62,660 bases of DNA from a virus (lineage: Duplodnaviria; Caudoviricetes), in IMG/VR virus record IMGVR_UViG_3300001918_000027, positions 1 to 62,660 of that record, one strand, 5' to 3'. Numbering within the stretch: the first letter of the stretch is position 1; each line of letters begins with the position of its first letter. Position numbers and translations under genes: made by a program. Under the pieces are notes generated by a model that worked only from the letters and a program-made list of their open reading frames with translations, ran no database searches and had not been told where the DNA came from. Below are positions 48,517 to 57,590 of this stretch, piece by piece.

Positions 48517-49246
48517 TCGCTGTAATTGAATTAAATTTTGACAATAGATTTTGGAGCTCAAAGTTTTGCCGCATCCATTCATCGTGATTCCAGGCCTTTT
48601 TCAGGAAATAGGCAAAAATCTTTACCGCATAGTCTTCGTCCCAGTCATGATTTTTCGCCTTAGCGAGTTTTTGAAGTGCGGCAAGAATTTTTTTAAGGTG
48701 GGCTCCTTGGGTGGAATTAAAAAGCGGAGTAATTGGCTGGCCGTTTTCATCCCGGAAATTGGCTTTATAAAAATCAAACCAACATTCAACGATTTTTTTC
48801 CAATGGGCCGGTTCGTCAGAACCGGAAGAAGAATTGTTTCGTTTAGTTTTGTTTTGTTTAGATATAATGTTCGCCTCAATACTGGCCTCATTACCCCCGT
48901 CAATACTTACGCCATTACTTACCGGATTACTTACGCCATTACTTACCGGATTACTTACTTTATTCCAGTAATCATTTAAAAAATATTGCGGCGCCTTTTG
49001 TTTTGTAACGCCATTTTTAAAATCAATCAGGCCTACTTGCTTCAGTACATTTCGGGCATCAATCAGCGTTTTTTCAGTAACACCTATGCCTGAGCAGACC
49101 AAGCCATTGGAGCAATAGAAGGGATTTTCCCAGTTCCGCTGATTACTTTCCTGCAAGAGAAAAAAGTATAAATCGGCTTGAACATTGGTTATTTTCCTGC
49201 TTCTTCTCAGCTGCCAAAACCTGTTGATGAATTCGATATAGTTCAT
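48398..49246 (-). CDS. Phage replication initiator protein
   Basis: N-terminal wHTH (LYF.LL...N..W...ARN.L.Q.GLI.F..G), low-complexity iteron linker, SKQNKTK. Confidence 0.75.
   Translation of the reverse strand: MNYIEFINRFWQLRRSRKITNVQADLYFFLLQESNQRNWENPFYCSNGLVCSGIGVTEKTLIDARNVLKQVGLIDFKNGVTKQKAPQYFLNDYWNKVSNPVSNGVSNPVSNGVSIDGGNEASIEANIISKQNKTKRNNSSSGSDEPAHWKKIVECWFDFYKANFRDENGQPITPLFNSTQGAHLKKILAALQKLAKAKNHDWDEDYAVKIFAYFLKKAWNHDEWMRQNFELQNLLSKFNSITANGKQNGNSASGSTKPGTSEARIDGVKQIDLARFIQPHNS
48904..48958. repeat. 12-bp tandem iterons (putative origin of replication)
   Basis: TACTTAC at 48904, 48916, 48928, 48940, 48952 with alternating GCCAT/CGGAT. Confidence 0.75.
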
Positions 49247-50916
49247 GCCAATGCCTTGGTATTAAATAATGATTCCGCAATCCTGTCTATGATTTCCTTC
49301 TGTACATTCTCCTCATTACCGGTGATGGTATTGGCTACCTCGCGTTTCTTCTCGATGATTTTGTAGATGTCTTCATCGATGGTACCCGAGCCCAGGAAAT
49401 AAGTACATTGCACACTATCTTTTTGGCCTATGCGATGGCAGCGGTCCTCGCACTGATTAGCATCTGCGGCATGCCAGGGGAGCTCAACAAAGGCTACCCG
49501 AGACGAAGCCGTAAGGGTAATACCCACACCACCGGCCTTGATGTTGCAAATAATAACATTGGTTCTGGGGTCCTTCTGAAAGCTATCCACAGCTTTTTGC
49601 CGACTTTCTGTGGAGTCACTGCCGGTAACCGTTACGGCATGAGGGTATTGCTTAATCAAGGCCTGTGCAATTTCTTTCTGATGAATAAAGATTACAATCT
49701 TTTGCCCAGCCTCAATGATTTCATCTACGTGTTCAACGACTTCATTGAGTTTACCCCTTGCACTGATGTTTTTACAGATACCGATTTTAACCATGAGTTC
49801 GCCCCGCATACTGCGCTCAACTTCGGGGTCGCTTTTTGCCTTGTACTCCTTTAGGTACCCGGCGAGGTCAGCGATGGCGTCTTGATACTCCTTTTTGGTA
49901 CTGATGTCACAGAGCACGATTTGCCGCATCTTATCGGGCAGGTCTGAAAGCACATCCTTTTTCCGGCGTTGATAAAAACAGGTAGTGGCCAACTTGTATT
50001 GCAATTCCTTAAGGTTGGTGGCTCCACTACCATTGCCCCCACAATAGCGGTTCATAAAGAACTTGTATCCACCTAAATCAGGCAGGCGCTCAATAATGGC
50101 CAATTGACTTATGAGGTCCTTTGGCTTGTTAACAACAGGGGTACCGGTAAGCCCTAAGATGTATTTCTTCCCGCTTGCAATACCCTTTGTGAATTTAGCC
50201 TGCTGAGTACCTGCATCCTTTACTCGGTGTAGCTCATCAATTATAACCGAGTTAAAAAGCTTGATATGCTCTTTAAACTTTACGTATTTCAAACTCAGTG
50301 CCTGTCCCTCGGGAACATTGATTTCGGCAACGAAGAACTTCTTAAGGCTTTCGTAATTCACAATGAGTACATCGGCCAACCCAGTGCGCAGGTATTGATG
50401 CCAGGTATTCTTCATGGAGTCGCGCATAACCAAAGCCTTTCTGTCCGTCCAAAGTGCCCATTCACGGGCCCAGTTTTCCTTTAGCGATGTTGGGCAAATC
50501 ACGAGGCAGGGAAACGGCTGTTCGCCCTTTATTGCGGCTCCGTGGATGGTAGCAATACCCTGGCCAGTCTTACCCAGGCCTGGTTCATCGCCCATGATCA
50601 CCCGTTTCTTCTGAACACTATAGGCGACGCCTTTGCGCTGATAGGCGAACAAATTGCGCTTTAGGGGCACGTCGAAATCGAGATCCGGGAGTTCGGGAAT
50701 CTCGCCCAATTCATCTGCAGTAACTGAATTCGTTACAGCCAGGTAGTTGTACTTCTTCCTGAAGCTCTCGATGGCGTCTGCCTCCCTGAGTGGCACATGC
50801 CAAACCCTGGTATTGCGGTCAAACCAGCGGCCGGGTATCGCCTTGATATCTTCTACCATTCCGGCATGAAAACCAAAGCTAACCATGTAGTCAGTACTTG
50901 TTTTGGTTATGGTCAT
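49243..50916 (-). CDS. SNF2/SMARCAL1-like helicase with HARP-like N-terminus
   Basis: DEPGLGKT, IIDELH, LTGTP, GGVGITL, QCEDRCHRIGQ. Confidence 0.92.
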   Translation of the reverse strand: MTITKTSTDYMVSFGFHAGMVEDIKAIPGRWFDRNTRVWHVPLREADAIESFRKKYNYLAVTNSVTADELGEIPELPDLDFDVPLKRNLFAYQRKGVAYSVQKKRVIMGDEPGLGKTGQGIATIHGAAIKGEQPFPCLVICPTSLKENWAREWALWTDRKALVMRDSMKNTWHQYLRTGLADVLIVNYESLKKFFVAEINVPEGQALSLKYVKFKEHIKLFNSVIIDELHRVKDAGTQQAKFTKGIASGKKYILGLTGTPVVNKPKDLISQLAIIERLPDLGGYKFFMNRYCGGNGSGATNLKELQYKLATTCFYQRRKKDVLSDLPDKMRQIVLCDISTKKEYQDAIADLAGYLKEYKAKSDPEVERSMRGELMVKIGICKNISARGKLNEVVEHVDEIIEAGQKIVIFIHQKEIAQALIKQYPHAVTVTGSDSTESRQKAVDSFQKDPRTNVIICNIKAGGVGITLTASSRVAFVELPWHAADANQCEDRCHRIGQKDSVQCTYFLGSGTIDEDIYKIIEKKREVANTITGNEENVQKEIIDRIAESLFNTKALA

Positions 50917-50917
50917 C

Positions 50918-51163
50918 TTAGTCCTCCGATTTGTCGTAAATCAACTTTATATCCTTCTTGCTTACTCCACCTCTGGAGAGCAGTTTTGCCGCATCCACGG
51001 TAACCTTCGCTGCATTAACGATAGGCGTTGCCAAGGCTGCTATAGCCTTACCACGGGCTATTTCGTTTTTGAGGTCTTCGCCTTTGAGGTCTTCATCGTT
51101 GAGCCTTTCGATTTGGAGGAAGAGGTGATCTGTGAGATCTCCGACTTTGTTTTTTGTTCCCAT
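50918..51163 (-). CDS. Conserved phage protein
   Basis: KN...DL..HLF.Q.ERL.DEDL....L..EI.R.KA. Confidence 0.7.
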   Translation of the reverse strand: MGTKNKVGDLTDHLFLQIERLNDEDLKGEDLKNEIARGKAIAALATPIVNAAKVTVDAAKLLSRGGVSKKDIKLIYDKSED

Positions 51164-51948
51164 ACTGAGATTTTTTTATTTAGTTTACTTAATGAATGAA
51201 TTGCTGATATCAGTTCGGAAGGGAACCGCATGATTGAATTCCTGAGCATGTTTTCCTTCCTGGTTATGAGTTCGAGGTTACCAAGCTTAGTATTGAGGCT
51301 GTTACCATCTTTAAACACAAGGCAAAGGCCATCGGGTATGGGTCCCCTGAACATCTCCCACCGGTACCGATGGTAGGGCTCCCATACACCCGGGGATGTT
51401 CTGATGTATTTATACGGAACGCCTCGATTATCTTTCCTGATGGATATAATGCCCTCCCGGCTATAGGTATTGGCTGGAAGCTGGCCTTTTTGAAACATGG
51501 TGGCCTTGCATTTCTTATACTGGGCTCTTGACATCGGCTTGCCTTTATTCGCTGGTTCGTGACCAGGCTTGAACAAGGCAAGCTGTTTATTACGCTGTAT
51601 CACTTCTTCCGGAATAACCAAGCCCAGCTGCCTTAGCCTGCATCTAATGAAGGAATCGCTTCTACCCAATTTCTGGGCCATAGTTTTTGATGGCATCTTT
51701 AAGTAGTTCCGCTTCAGGAAAGCATCTGTGCGTTTATCGCTTGTGGTGCGGCCGGTCATTTTCTTAGCCCTGAGTTCAGCAATGGTTTCCATTGGTACCT
51801 GCAAGCCCTCTCTGCGGAGGAAACCCGTAACCACGGATTTACCTACACCAAGCCTTGCGGCCATATCAGACCCGGAAAACTTCATCCGGTTTTTCCGGAT
51901 GAAGTTTTGCTGAGCCCTGGTTAGCGATATTGGCTTACCCTTAGGCAT
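51058..51948 (-). CDS. HNH endonuclease-family protein with N-terminal HTHs
   Basis: FKPGH.P.NKG, HR..WE...GPIP.G..L.FKDGN..N....NL.LITR.ENM. Confidence 0.8.
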   Translation of the reverse strand: MPKGKPISLTRAQQNFIRKNRMKFSGSDMAARLGVGKSVVTGFLRREGLQVPMETIAELRAKKMTGRTTSDKRTDAFLKRNYLKMPSKTMAQKLGRSDSFIRCRLRQLGLVIPEEVIQRNKQLALFKPGHEPANKGKPMSRAQYKKCKATMFQKGQLPANTYSREGIISIRKDNRGVPYKYIRTSPGVWEPYHRYRWEMFRGPIPDGLCLVFKDGNSLNTKLGNLELITRKENMLRNSIMRFPSELISAIHSLSKLNKKISVWEQKTKSEISQITSSSKSKGSTMKTSKAKTSKTK

Positions 51949-52387
51949 TTGCCTGCGCCTCCTGTGTCGCTGCCTCAGCCGGCTTTGGTTCGTTAATGCG
52001 ATACTCAGCGGTATCGATTTTGTAAAGCAGCTGCTTTTCGAATTTCACCGGCTCGGTGTTGAGCTTGAACCTTACCGCATTTTCGGTTTTGATACCGAGG
52101 CTGGCCAACAGGGTAGTTACTACCTTTTCGTTTTGGCAAACCAGCGTGGGGCTGGTCTTTCCCGAGGTACGGAGTTTGAATCCGTCTTTGTCCTTTACGA
52201 TAAACCAGGTCTTGGGGTTCTCACTGTCCTGTAGCAGGGCGATGGTATCACCGGCCTTAAGGCCCAACTTGGTGAATGCTTCACCATTAATCACGATTTG
52301 GCCCTCTGCCTTGAGGGTAATTGCTGCTTGCTTGGTGCGAACTGTTGCGCTGTTTGTGCTGTCAAATTTTACGAGTTTCATCGTCAT
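51941..52387 (-). CDS. Hypothetical protein
   Basis: Start after promoter at 52420-52451. Confidence 0.6.
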   Translation of the reverse strand: MTMKLVKFDSTNSATVRTKQAAITLKAEGQIVINGEAFTKLGLKAGDTIALLQDSENPKTWFIVKDKDGFKLRTSGKTSPTLVCQNEKVVTTLLASLGIKTENAVRFKLNTEPVKFEKQLLYKIDTAEYRINEPKPAEAATQEAQANA

Positions 52388-52419
52388 TCCGTTTTTTGTT
52401 GTTAAAAAATTATTGTACT

Positions 52420-52451
52420 GCAATGATAGAAACCTATACACCCCTGTGCAA
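52420..52451 (-). promoter_or_regulatory. Promoter sharing TTTCTATCATTGC element
   Basis: Same 13-mer and same TTG spacing as 41221-41252. Confidence 0.6.
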
Positions 52452-52456
52452 GTCTT

Positions 52457-54346
52457 TTAACCGTCTTTGCTTTTCTTTTGCTTTTGGCCTTTTTTAAAGG
52501 CGTTAACAATGTTTTCCGATAGCTCACCGCTGATTTGTTGTGCCGGTGGAAACCCCTGATCAGCCAATGTTAGATCATCGTCAACACCTACATCGTCAGG
52601 CTCATTTTTTGCCACCGACGCCCTTATGGCAGCAATGCGTTTCTGTAGGCGCTCATTGCGGGCCTCAGCCTTTTCCATTTGGGCCAACTCGATCTGATTT
52701 ACCTCATCAACGAAATAGGACTTAATAACGGGATAAGCAACGCTATTCTTGCCGCCTTTAGTAAGGTGGCTACCAAAACCGGTTGCCATCACATCAAGCA
52801 TAAAGATGCGGCTCATTTGCATCAACATGCCCTCGGTAAAAAAGTCCTTCTCTTCGTAATCTTCGCCAAACACTTCCTTAACTATGCGCTTGGTGCTGTA
52901 ATCCAGCTTATCAACCATGGCGAGAAACAATGCCTTTCTTTCGGCCTTACTAAGGCCAGCATTGTTGCTATAAATCCGGATCTTGGCATCATCGGTATTA
53001 AGGAGTTGGCGAACTCCTGACCATACCTTTTCACCATCTAATTGCTTGTTGCGTACCTCTTTGACTTCGAGGCTTGCTATTTCAGCACTTGCGGCTATTT
53101 CCTCAGCATTACCACCGGCTACAGTTGCTTTTACCACGGCCGCAGCATTGGGGTTAAGCTTTACAAAGATTTCTCTGCCCAAATCACTCCCAGCAATAAT
53201 TGTGGCCTTAACAATGCTTCCATTACGGAGGCCTTCTTGATGCTGGTCAATCTCCTTTTTCCAGTCCTGCAATAGCTCATTGTATTCGTCACGAGCCTCT
53301 TTTTCATCAAGGTCTTCGTCTTCCCGCCAATCATCCCCATATTCATCACAAGCCCAGGTCTCAAAATCGGGAAAAGATTCATCAGGCTCCCAGTGCCGGT
53401 TGTATTGATTATCTTCAATTACATTTATACCCATCTGCTTGGCCTCTTCCAATTTGCGTTTATCAGCATTGCTGGAGGCATAGGGAGCCACGGCTAACAT
53501 TTTGGGATTGGTTGCGAGTTCTTCGAGGCGCCTTTTGTAAAACCGCTGTTCCTTAATCGCAAAGCAGCTGGGTTTCAAACAATTACTCTCTTTAAGGTCA
53601 TCAAAAAGCAGGGGTTGATTTCCGCTATTATGAGGGCACTTTGAACAGGCACCTGCTTCAGGGTACAAACTGGCGTCTTCAGCATCAAAATTGGCGTTGT
53701 CAATTCTCTCCAGATTTTGTCTAACATAGTAGGTGATATTACCAATCGACCAGTTTTTACCCAAACGTGTGCGCCAATCTCCAGGGCAAGCCTCTTTAAT
53801 AATTTCTTCCTGAGCCGATGGTGAAAGCCGGCAAATCTTCATGGCGTCTTCGAGGTCCATGTGGCCATTGAAATAGATTTTTTGACCATCCTCAATGAGG
53901 TCGGCAAGCTTGATGCGCTTGGCCACAAAGGACGGGCTCTTCCCCACCCGATTGGCGATTTGCTCAATGGTAAAGCGTTCATGCAGCTTTGCAAACGCGA
54001 TACCCTCCTCAAGGGGGTGCACATCTTTACGGATGAGGTTCTCCGTTATTTGTATTTCCAGGGCTTCTTCATCACTGAGGTTGCGGATGATAGCAGGGAT
54101 AGTGTTTCTTCCACTAAAAGCGGCAGCAACAGCAAGAGCAGCGCGATATCTTCTCTCCCCGGCCACTATCATGAAGCCATCGGCATCAGGCCTTACTAAA
54201 ATGGGTTGAAGCACGCCCTGCTCCCGAACTGAATTAATGAGTTCATCCATAGCGACGTCATCAAATGTTTTCCGTGGCTGATTGGGGTCTGGAGCTATTA
54301 TGGCCAGCTCCAGATCGTGAAATGTTGTCTTTGTTGGTGTTGACAT
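52457..54346 (-). CDS. ParB/RepB/Spo0J-family protein with Cys-rich extension
   Basis: PNQPRK.F, GVLQPILVR, IVAGERRYRA, ENL.R.D, C..CP.NS...C....CF. Confidence 0.9.
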   Translation of the reverse strand: MSTPTKTTFHDLELAIIAPDPNQPRKTFDDVAMDELINSVREQGVLQPILVRPDADGFMIVAGERRYRAALAVAAAFSGRNTIPAIIRNLSDEEALEIQITENLIRKDVHPLEEGIAFAKLHERFTIEQIANRVGKSPSFVAKRIKLADLIEDGQKIYFNGHMDLEDAMKICRLSPSAQEEIIKEACPGDWRTRLGKNWSIGNITYYVRQNLERIDNANFDAEDASLYPEAGACSKCPHNSGNQPLLFDDLKESNCLKPSCFAIKEQRFYKRRLEELATNPKMLAVAPYASSNADKRKLEEAKQMGINVIEDNQYNRHWEPDESFPDFETWACDEYGDDWREDEDLDEKEARDEYNELLQDWKKEIDQHQEGLRNGSIVKATIIAGSDLGREIFVKLNPNAAAVVKATVAGGNAEEIAASAEIASLEVKEVRNKQLDGEKVWSGVRQLLNTDDAKIRIYSNNAGLSKAERKALFLAMVDKLDYSTKRIVKEVFGEDYEEKDFFTEGMLMQMSRIFMLDVMATGFGSHLTKGGKNSVAYPVIKSYFVDEVNQIELAQMEKAEARNERLQKRIAAIRASVAKNEPDDVGVDDDLTLADQGFPPAQQISGELSENIVNAFKKGQKQKKSKDG

Positions 54347-54364
54347 TTTTTTAAAATTGAATTG

Positions 54365-54619
54365 TTATTTAAGATTTTCAAGAAACCGGATTGCCGTTAC
54401 GGCCACCTGTACAGCCTCCGCTCTAATGCGCCTGCGGTGTTCATCATCGCTGTATTTACTGCGTTCGTATTTGCGCTCTAGGCAGGCCTGCATTAGCTCC
54501 CCGGCTTCCTCCACCACGATCCCAGCCTGACCAGCGGGATGCACGGGCCATTTGGGATGCAGGCGTTTGGCCTTAGCCAACTCTTTGAAGATATCGTCCA
54601 GAATATCAGGAGTTGTCAT
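54365..54619 (-). CDS. MazG-like nucleotide pyrophosphohydrolase
   Basis: EEAGEL..A...EAVQVA..AIRF. Confidence 0.65.
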   Translation of the reverse strand: MTTPDILDDIFKELAKAKRLHPKWPVHPAGQAGIVVEEAGELMQACLERKYERSKYSDDEHRRRIRAEAVQVAVTAIRFLENLK

Positions 54620-54621
54620 GG

Positions 54622-55161
54622 CTAAAATTCTTCATCGGTTTCAGGAAAATCAAAACCGAGTTGCTGATCGGGTGCATGCTTTTTCTCAAAGAGGTAAAGT
54701 AGCGTCTCTTGCTTAGCCACATTCACGGCATGCTCAAGCTCACCGTTGTCTTCAAACCTGACATAAGGTGCAGTAAGGTTAAGCACGGATCCGCTTTCGA
54801 GGTCGCGGAAACCAATGAGGGTGGCACCATCTTCGTTGGTACCGATGGTGAATCCGGTACACTCCACTTTGCTTTCCTCGGGCTGCTCAGTTATCTCCAG
54901 GAGAATATTATTCATCCTGCGAAATGCGGCTTTGAGGTCATCGTGAACGGGTGCGGTACAATCCTTTTTTACCTTGTTGCTGCTGTCATCCAGGGTTTCG
55001 CTATACTCAACTTCGATAGCGATGTCCTTTAGCTTTGCCTTTTTTACGCTGTACTTTTTCTCCAGTTTTTGTAGTGAGCGGGCCATGCCTTCGAGGTCGC
55101 TCATCTCAATGGTGGCTCCGTTTTCATCTGCGGCCACAACTTTCATTTTTGATTTTGCCAT
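54622..55161 (-). CDS. Conserved Bacteroidota phage protein
   Basis: VH.DL..AF, L.G...L.SG..LNL.AP, E..LYL...K.A. Confidence 0.65.
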   Translation of the reverse strand: MAKSKMKVVAADENGATIEMSDLEGMARSLQKLEKKYSVKKAKLKDIAIEVEYSETLDDSSNKVKKDCTAPVHDDLKAAFRRMNNILLEITEQPEESKVECTGFTIGTNEDGATLIGFRDLESGSVLNLTAPYVRFEDNGELEHAVNVAKQETLLYLFEKKHAPDQQLGFDFPETDEEF

Positions 55162-55185
55162 TTGTATTTGATTTATGTGAAAAAA

Positions 55186-55467
55186 TTAAAGTGCGTCGAA
55201 TTGGGCCTGCAGTTCGGCTATTTTGTTTTTGACTGCCTTAACATAGAGGCTATGGACGTAGTTAATATCAAAAAGATCTGGCCACATCTTATAGCCGCCG
55301 TTGGTAATCCCGGGAAGTTCTAGAACTAAAAATGGCTCGAATTCGGGTTTCATTTTTTGGGCATGAGTAACCCGATCCGGGAGTTTAGTTACCAATTCAA
55401 GGTGCTCCGTTAAATGATCAATTTCTCGCTTCAACTTAAAAGCCTTTTCGAATGTTTGCTTATTCAT
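55186..55467 (-). CDS. Hypothetical protein
   Basis: MNKQTFEKA..L..EI...F.AL. Confidence 0.6.
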   Translation of the reverse strand: MNKQTFEKAFKLKREIDHLTEHLELVTKLPDRVTHAQKMKPEFEPFLVLELPGITNGGYKMWPDLFDINYVHSLYVKAVKNKIAELQAQFDAL

Positions 55468-55493
55468 TAAAACATAGTTTATAGTGAAAAAAT

Positions 55494-55610
55494 TCAGTAC
55501 TCTTCCGGGTCCTCGGGTGGCCATGGCTTACGATTAAATGCTGCCATAATTAACAAAGCCGTGCATAACAGTATTGCCGCCATTACTGAGGGTATATGAG
55601 GTAGTTTCAT
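55494..55610 (-). CDS. 38-aa single-TM peptide (not in ORF track)
   Basis: MKLPHIPSVMAAILLCTALLIMAAFNRKPWPPEDPEEY; ATGA-coupled. Confidence 0.5.
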   Translation of the reverse strand: MKLPHIPSVMAAILLCTALLIMAAFNRKPWPPEDPEEY

Positions 55611-55810
55611 ATTGGCACCTCTTTCTTGATACGAAACCAGTTTTTACCCAGAGGCAAAACAACGATACCCTTTGCCCTTAGGACTTCTACGACGTCGCCA
55701 TATTGTTTCCGGTAATCCCTGAGGCTTTGCCTGCTGATGATGTATTGCCCTCTGCGGTTTACTACGAGTTCAAACAAGTAGTCAATTTTGCTTTCAACTG
55801 TGTGTGTCAT
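55607..55810 (-). CDS. Hypothetical protein
   Basis: 67-aa ORF. Confidence 0.5.
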   Translation of the reverse strand: MTHTVESKIDYLFELVVNRRGQYIISRQSLRDYRKQYGDVVEVLRAKGIVVLPLGKNWFRIKKEVPI

Positions 55811-55963
55811 GATGTGAATTAAATTTTGTGCTAATAGCGGTAATGATTAGGGTTTATTCAAGGCCTGCCGGCTTTATTGGCTTTAGATTTGCTTTTGTAT
55901 AAACTACCTCAAAATCGCCGCCATCAATTAGTTCAATTTCCCAGTTATTCATATAGCAAGTTT

Positions 55964-56380
55964 TTAAAACGATTGTGAAAAACCGGCAAGCTTGGCCTCC
56001 TCCCGTAGCTTACCAATAATGGTTCGTTGAAATTCGGCACTGTGCGTACAGCCTCTATTAAGTCGCTCACACCAATCAACCAGGTAGGCATAATCACGGG
56101 TTAAGCTATCAATGTATTTATTCAATGTAGAGGGTGTCATCTTCTTACGCTGCGCCTCAATCAGAGCCTTTATGATACTGCTTTCTTCCAGCTCCCTGAG
56201 TCGATGTTTGGCATCGGCTAAGAACTTACCACTTAGGGCCATATAGTTCTCGCAGGCCTGTAGTCTGCAAATGCAGGCATCTACATTGTCGGCTTCGTAA
56301 TGGCTCTGCAGTAGGGCCTGTATTTCATTGCAGGCTTGAAAGATTTCTTCCGGTGTGGCGATATTTGTTGGTGTGAACAT
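55964..56380 (-). CDS. Hypothetical helical phage protein
   Basis: 138 aa; W.ER.N..C.H...RT.I...EE. Confidence 0.6.
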   Translation of the reverse strand: MFTPTNIATPEEIFQACNEIQALLQSHYEADNVDACICRLQACENYMALSGKFLADAKHRLRELEESSIIKALIEAQRKKMTPSTLNKYIDSLTRDYAYLVDWCERLNRGCTHSAEFQRTIIGKLREEAKLAGFSQSF

Positions 56381-56522
56381 TGGTGATGATAAAAAGTCTT
56401 AAAATAGTGCTCTCGGGATTTTTTTTTGTCCGCGTAACTTCGATACCCGAGAGCACCCTTGTTCTAAAATCTTAAATGAAAGTTTGCTTTACTGCTTCAT
56501 AACTACCTCCCTTTTATTTTAG

Positions 56523-56595
56523 AGACCACAGAGGGATTCGAACCCCCGCTTTCCACGATCTGCAATCGCGTGCCTTACCGCTCAGCCATGTGGTC
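56523..56595 (-). tRNA. tRNA-Cys(GCA), CCA not encoded
   Basis: GACCACA/TGTGGTC acceptor stem, U73, CGCGA-TTGCAGA-TCGTG anticodon arm, GGTTCGAATCC T-arm. Confidence 0.9.
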
Positions 56596-56647
56596 ATGTA
56601 AGCAAGGGCAGCTTGTTGACAGTGTCCCCGGCGTCCCGGTCTTGTTG

Positions 56648-56684
56648 CTTATCTGCTTTGCACCCTTACTTATCTGCTTTGCAC
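56648..56684. repeat. 16-bp direct repeat between tRNAs
   Basis: CTTATCTGCTTTGCAC at 56648 and 56669. Confidence 0.8.
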
Positions 56685-56693
56685 TCTTGGTTG

Positions 56694-56765
56694 TTGCGGG
56701 AGATGGAATCGAACCACCGACTTCCGGGTAATGAGCCCGGCACGCTACCTCTGCGTCACCCCGCA
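56694..56765 (-). tRNA. tRNA-Met(CAT), initiator-type, CCA not encoded
   Basis: TGCGGGG/TCCCGCA acceptor, CCGGG-CTCATTA-CCCGG arm with three G:C pairs, GGTTCGATTCC. Confidence 0.9.
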
Positions 56766-56821
56766 GTGATGAAAAACCGGCCCGCATAGACATACCACCC
56801 GGTTCAATTCAAAACGACGAC

Positions 56822-56989
56822 TTACCCTTGTAAAGAACTTACCTTATCTTTTTTTACGGGAAACTTGCCGGTTAAACCTTTCACAATCAATACATCACCA
56901 TGATCAGCTATGAGCTCAACCCTTTCACCCTTTTTGCCATAGAACTTTTTGGGGTTTATTACGCTTTTGATATCGTCAAGCAAAATCAT
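56822..56989 (-). CDS. 55-aa hypothetical protein (not in ORF track)
   Basis: MILLDDIKSVINPKKFYGKKGERVELIADHGDVLIVKG...; ATGA-coupled. Confidence 0.55.
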   Translation of the reverse strand: MILLDDIKSVINPKKFYGKKGERVELIADHGDVLIVKGLTGKFPVKKDKVSSLQG

Positions 56990-57198
56990 AATTTAATACC
57001 ATCGGCTTGCTTGCTTATCTGGCTCCTCACTTTTTCCGGCAACAGGGTAAAAGGCATCATGACTTTGTCGTCATCCATTTCGAGCTCGCACATGGTTTTA
57101 GCCTTTACATTGCTTAGCTTCCTGATGATGTAGCTTTCGCCATCAAGGCGAAAACTAACAGGATCTTTGAGTTCAAATCTCTTCCATTCTGTATTCAT
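56986..57198 (-). CDS. Hypothetical protein
   Basis: 70-aa ORF. Confidence 0.55.
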   Translation of the reverse strand: MNTEWKRFELKDPVSFRLDGESYIIRKLSNVKAKTMCELEMDDDKVMMPFTLLPEKVRSQISKQADGIKL

Positions 57199-57215
57199 AA
57201 AGAAGGCCTCCTTAG

Positions 57216-57590
57216 TTAAAAATCAGGATTTAAAAATGGATCATCATCGTCGTCTTCGGTCAGCATAGCGATTTGCTTTACCTCCTCCCTGGCGTGTTCT
57301 TCGGCTCTGAGTTTTTTTACAAACTCTTCGGCCTGCCATACTTGTACAGGTGCCGACTGTATGCTTTGTGCCGCCATTGTAGCCGTGGCTTGGTCAACTG
57401 GGTTAATGGCATAGATGGCAGCAGAACCAAAATATCTGGTAAAGGCTTGCTGCGACTTGGTTTCGGGTACGTCAACCCGGAGCATGTTTGTACCCGCAAT
57501 GTTTTCCTCCGTACAAAAGCCGGCAATTTTCTGATGGCCAAAGAGCTCAACGATGGCCCACTGCTTAAATGCTTGTTTTTCTGTTTGCAT
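57216..57590 (-). CDS. Conserved phage protein
   Basis: WAIVELFGH..IAG...RVDVP...TRYF...AIY.I.P. Confidence 0.7.
   Translation of the reverse strand: MQTEKQAFKQWAIVELFGHQKIAGFCTEENIAGTNMLRVDVPETKSQQAFTRYFGSAAIYAINPVDQATATMAAQSIQSAPVQVWQAEEFVKKLRAEEHAREEVKQIAMLTEDDDDDPFLNPDF

Noticed and set aside
55555-55600. Third attC site (GCATAACAG...)
   Set aside because: No complementary arm or GTT core site at a suitable distance; better explained as coding for the 38-aa peptide.
56648-56684. Mini-CRISPR array
   Set aside because: Only two 16-bp repeats with a 5-bp spacer; no cas genes.
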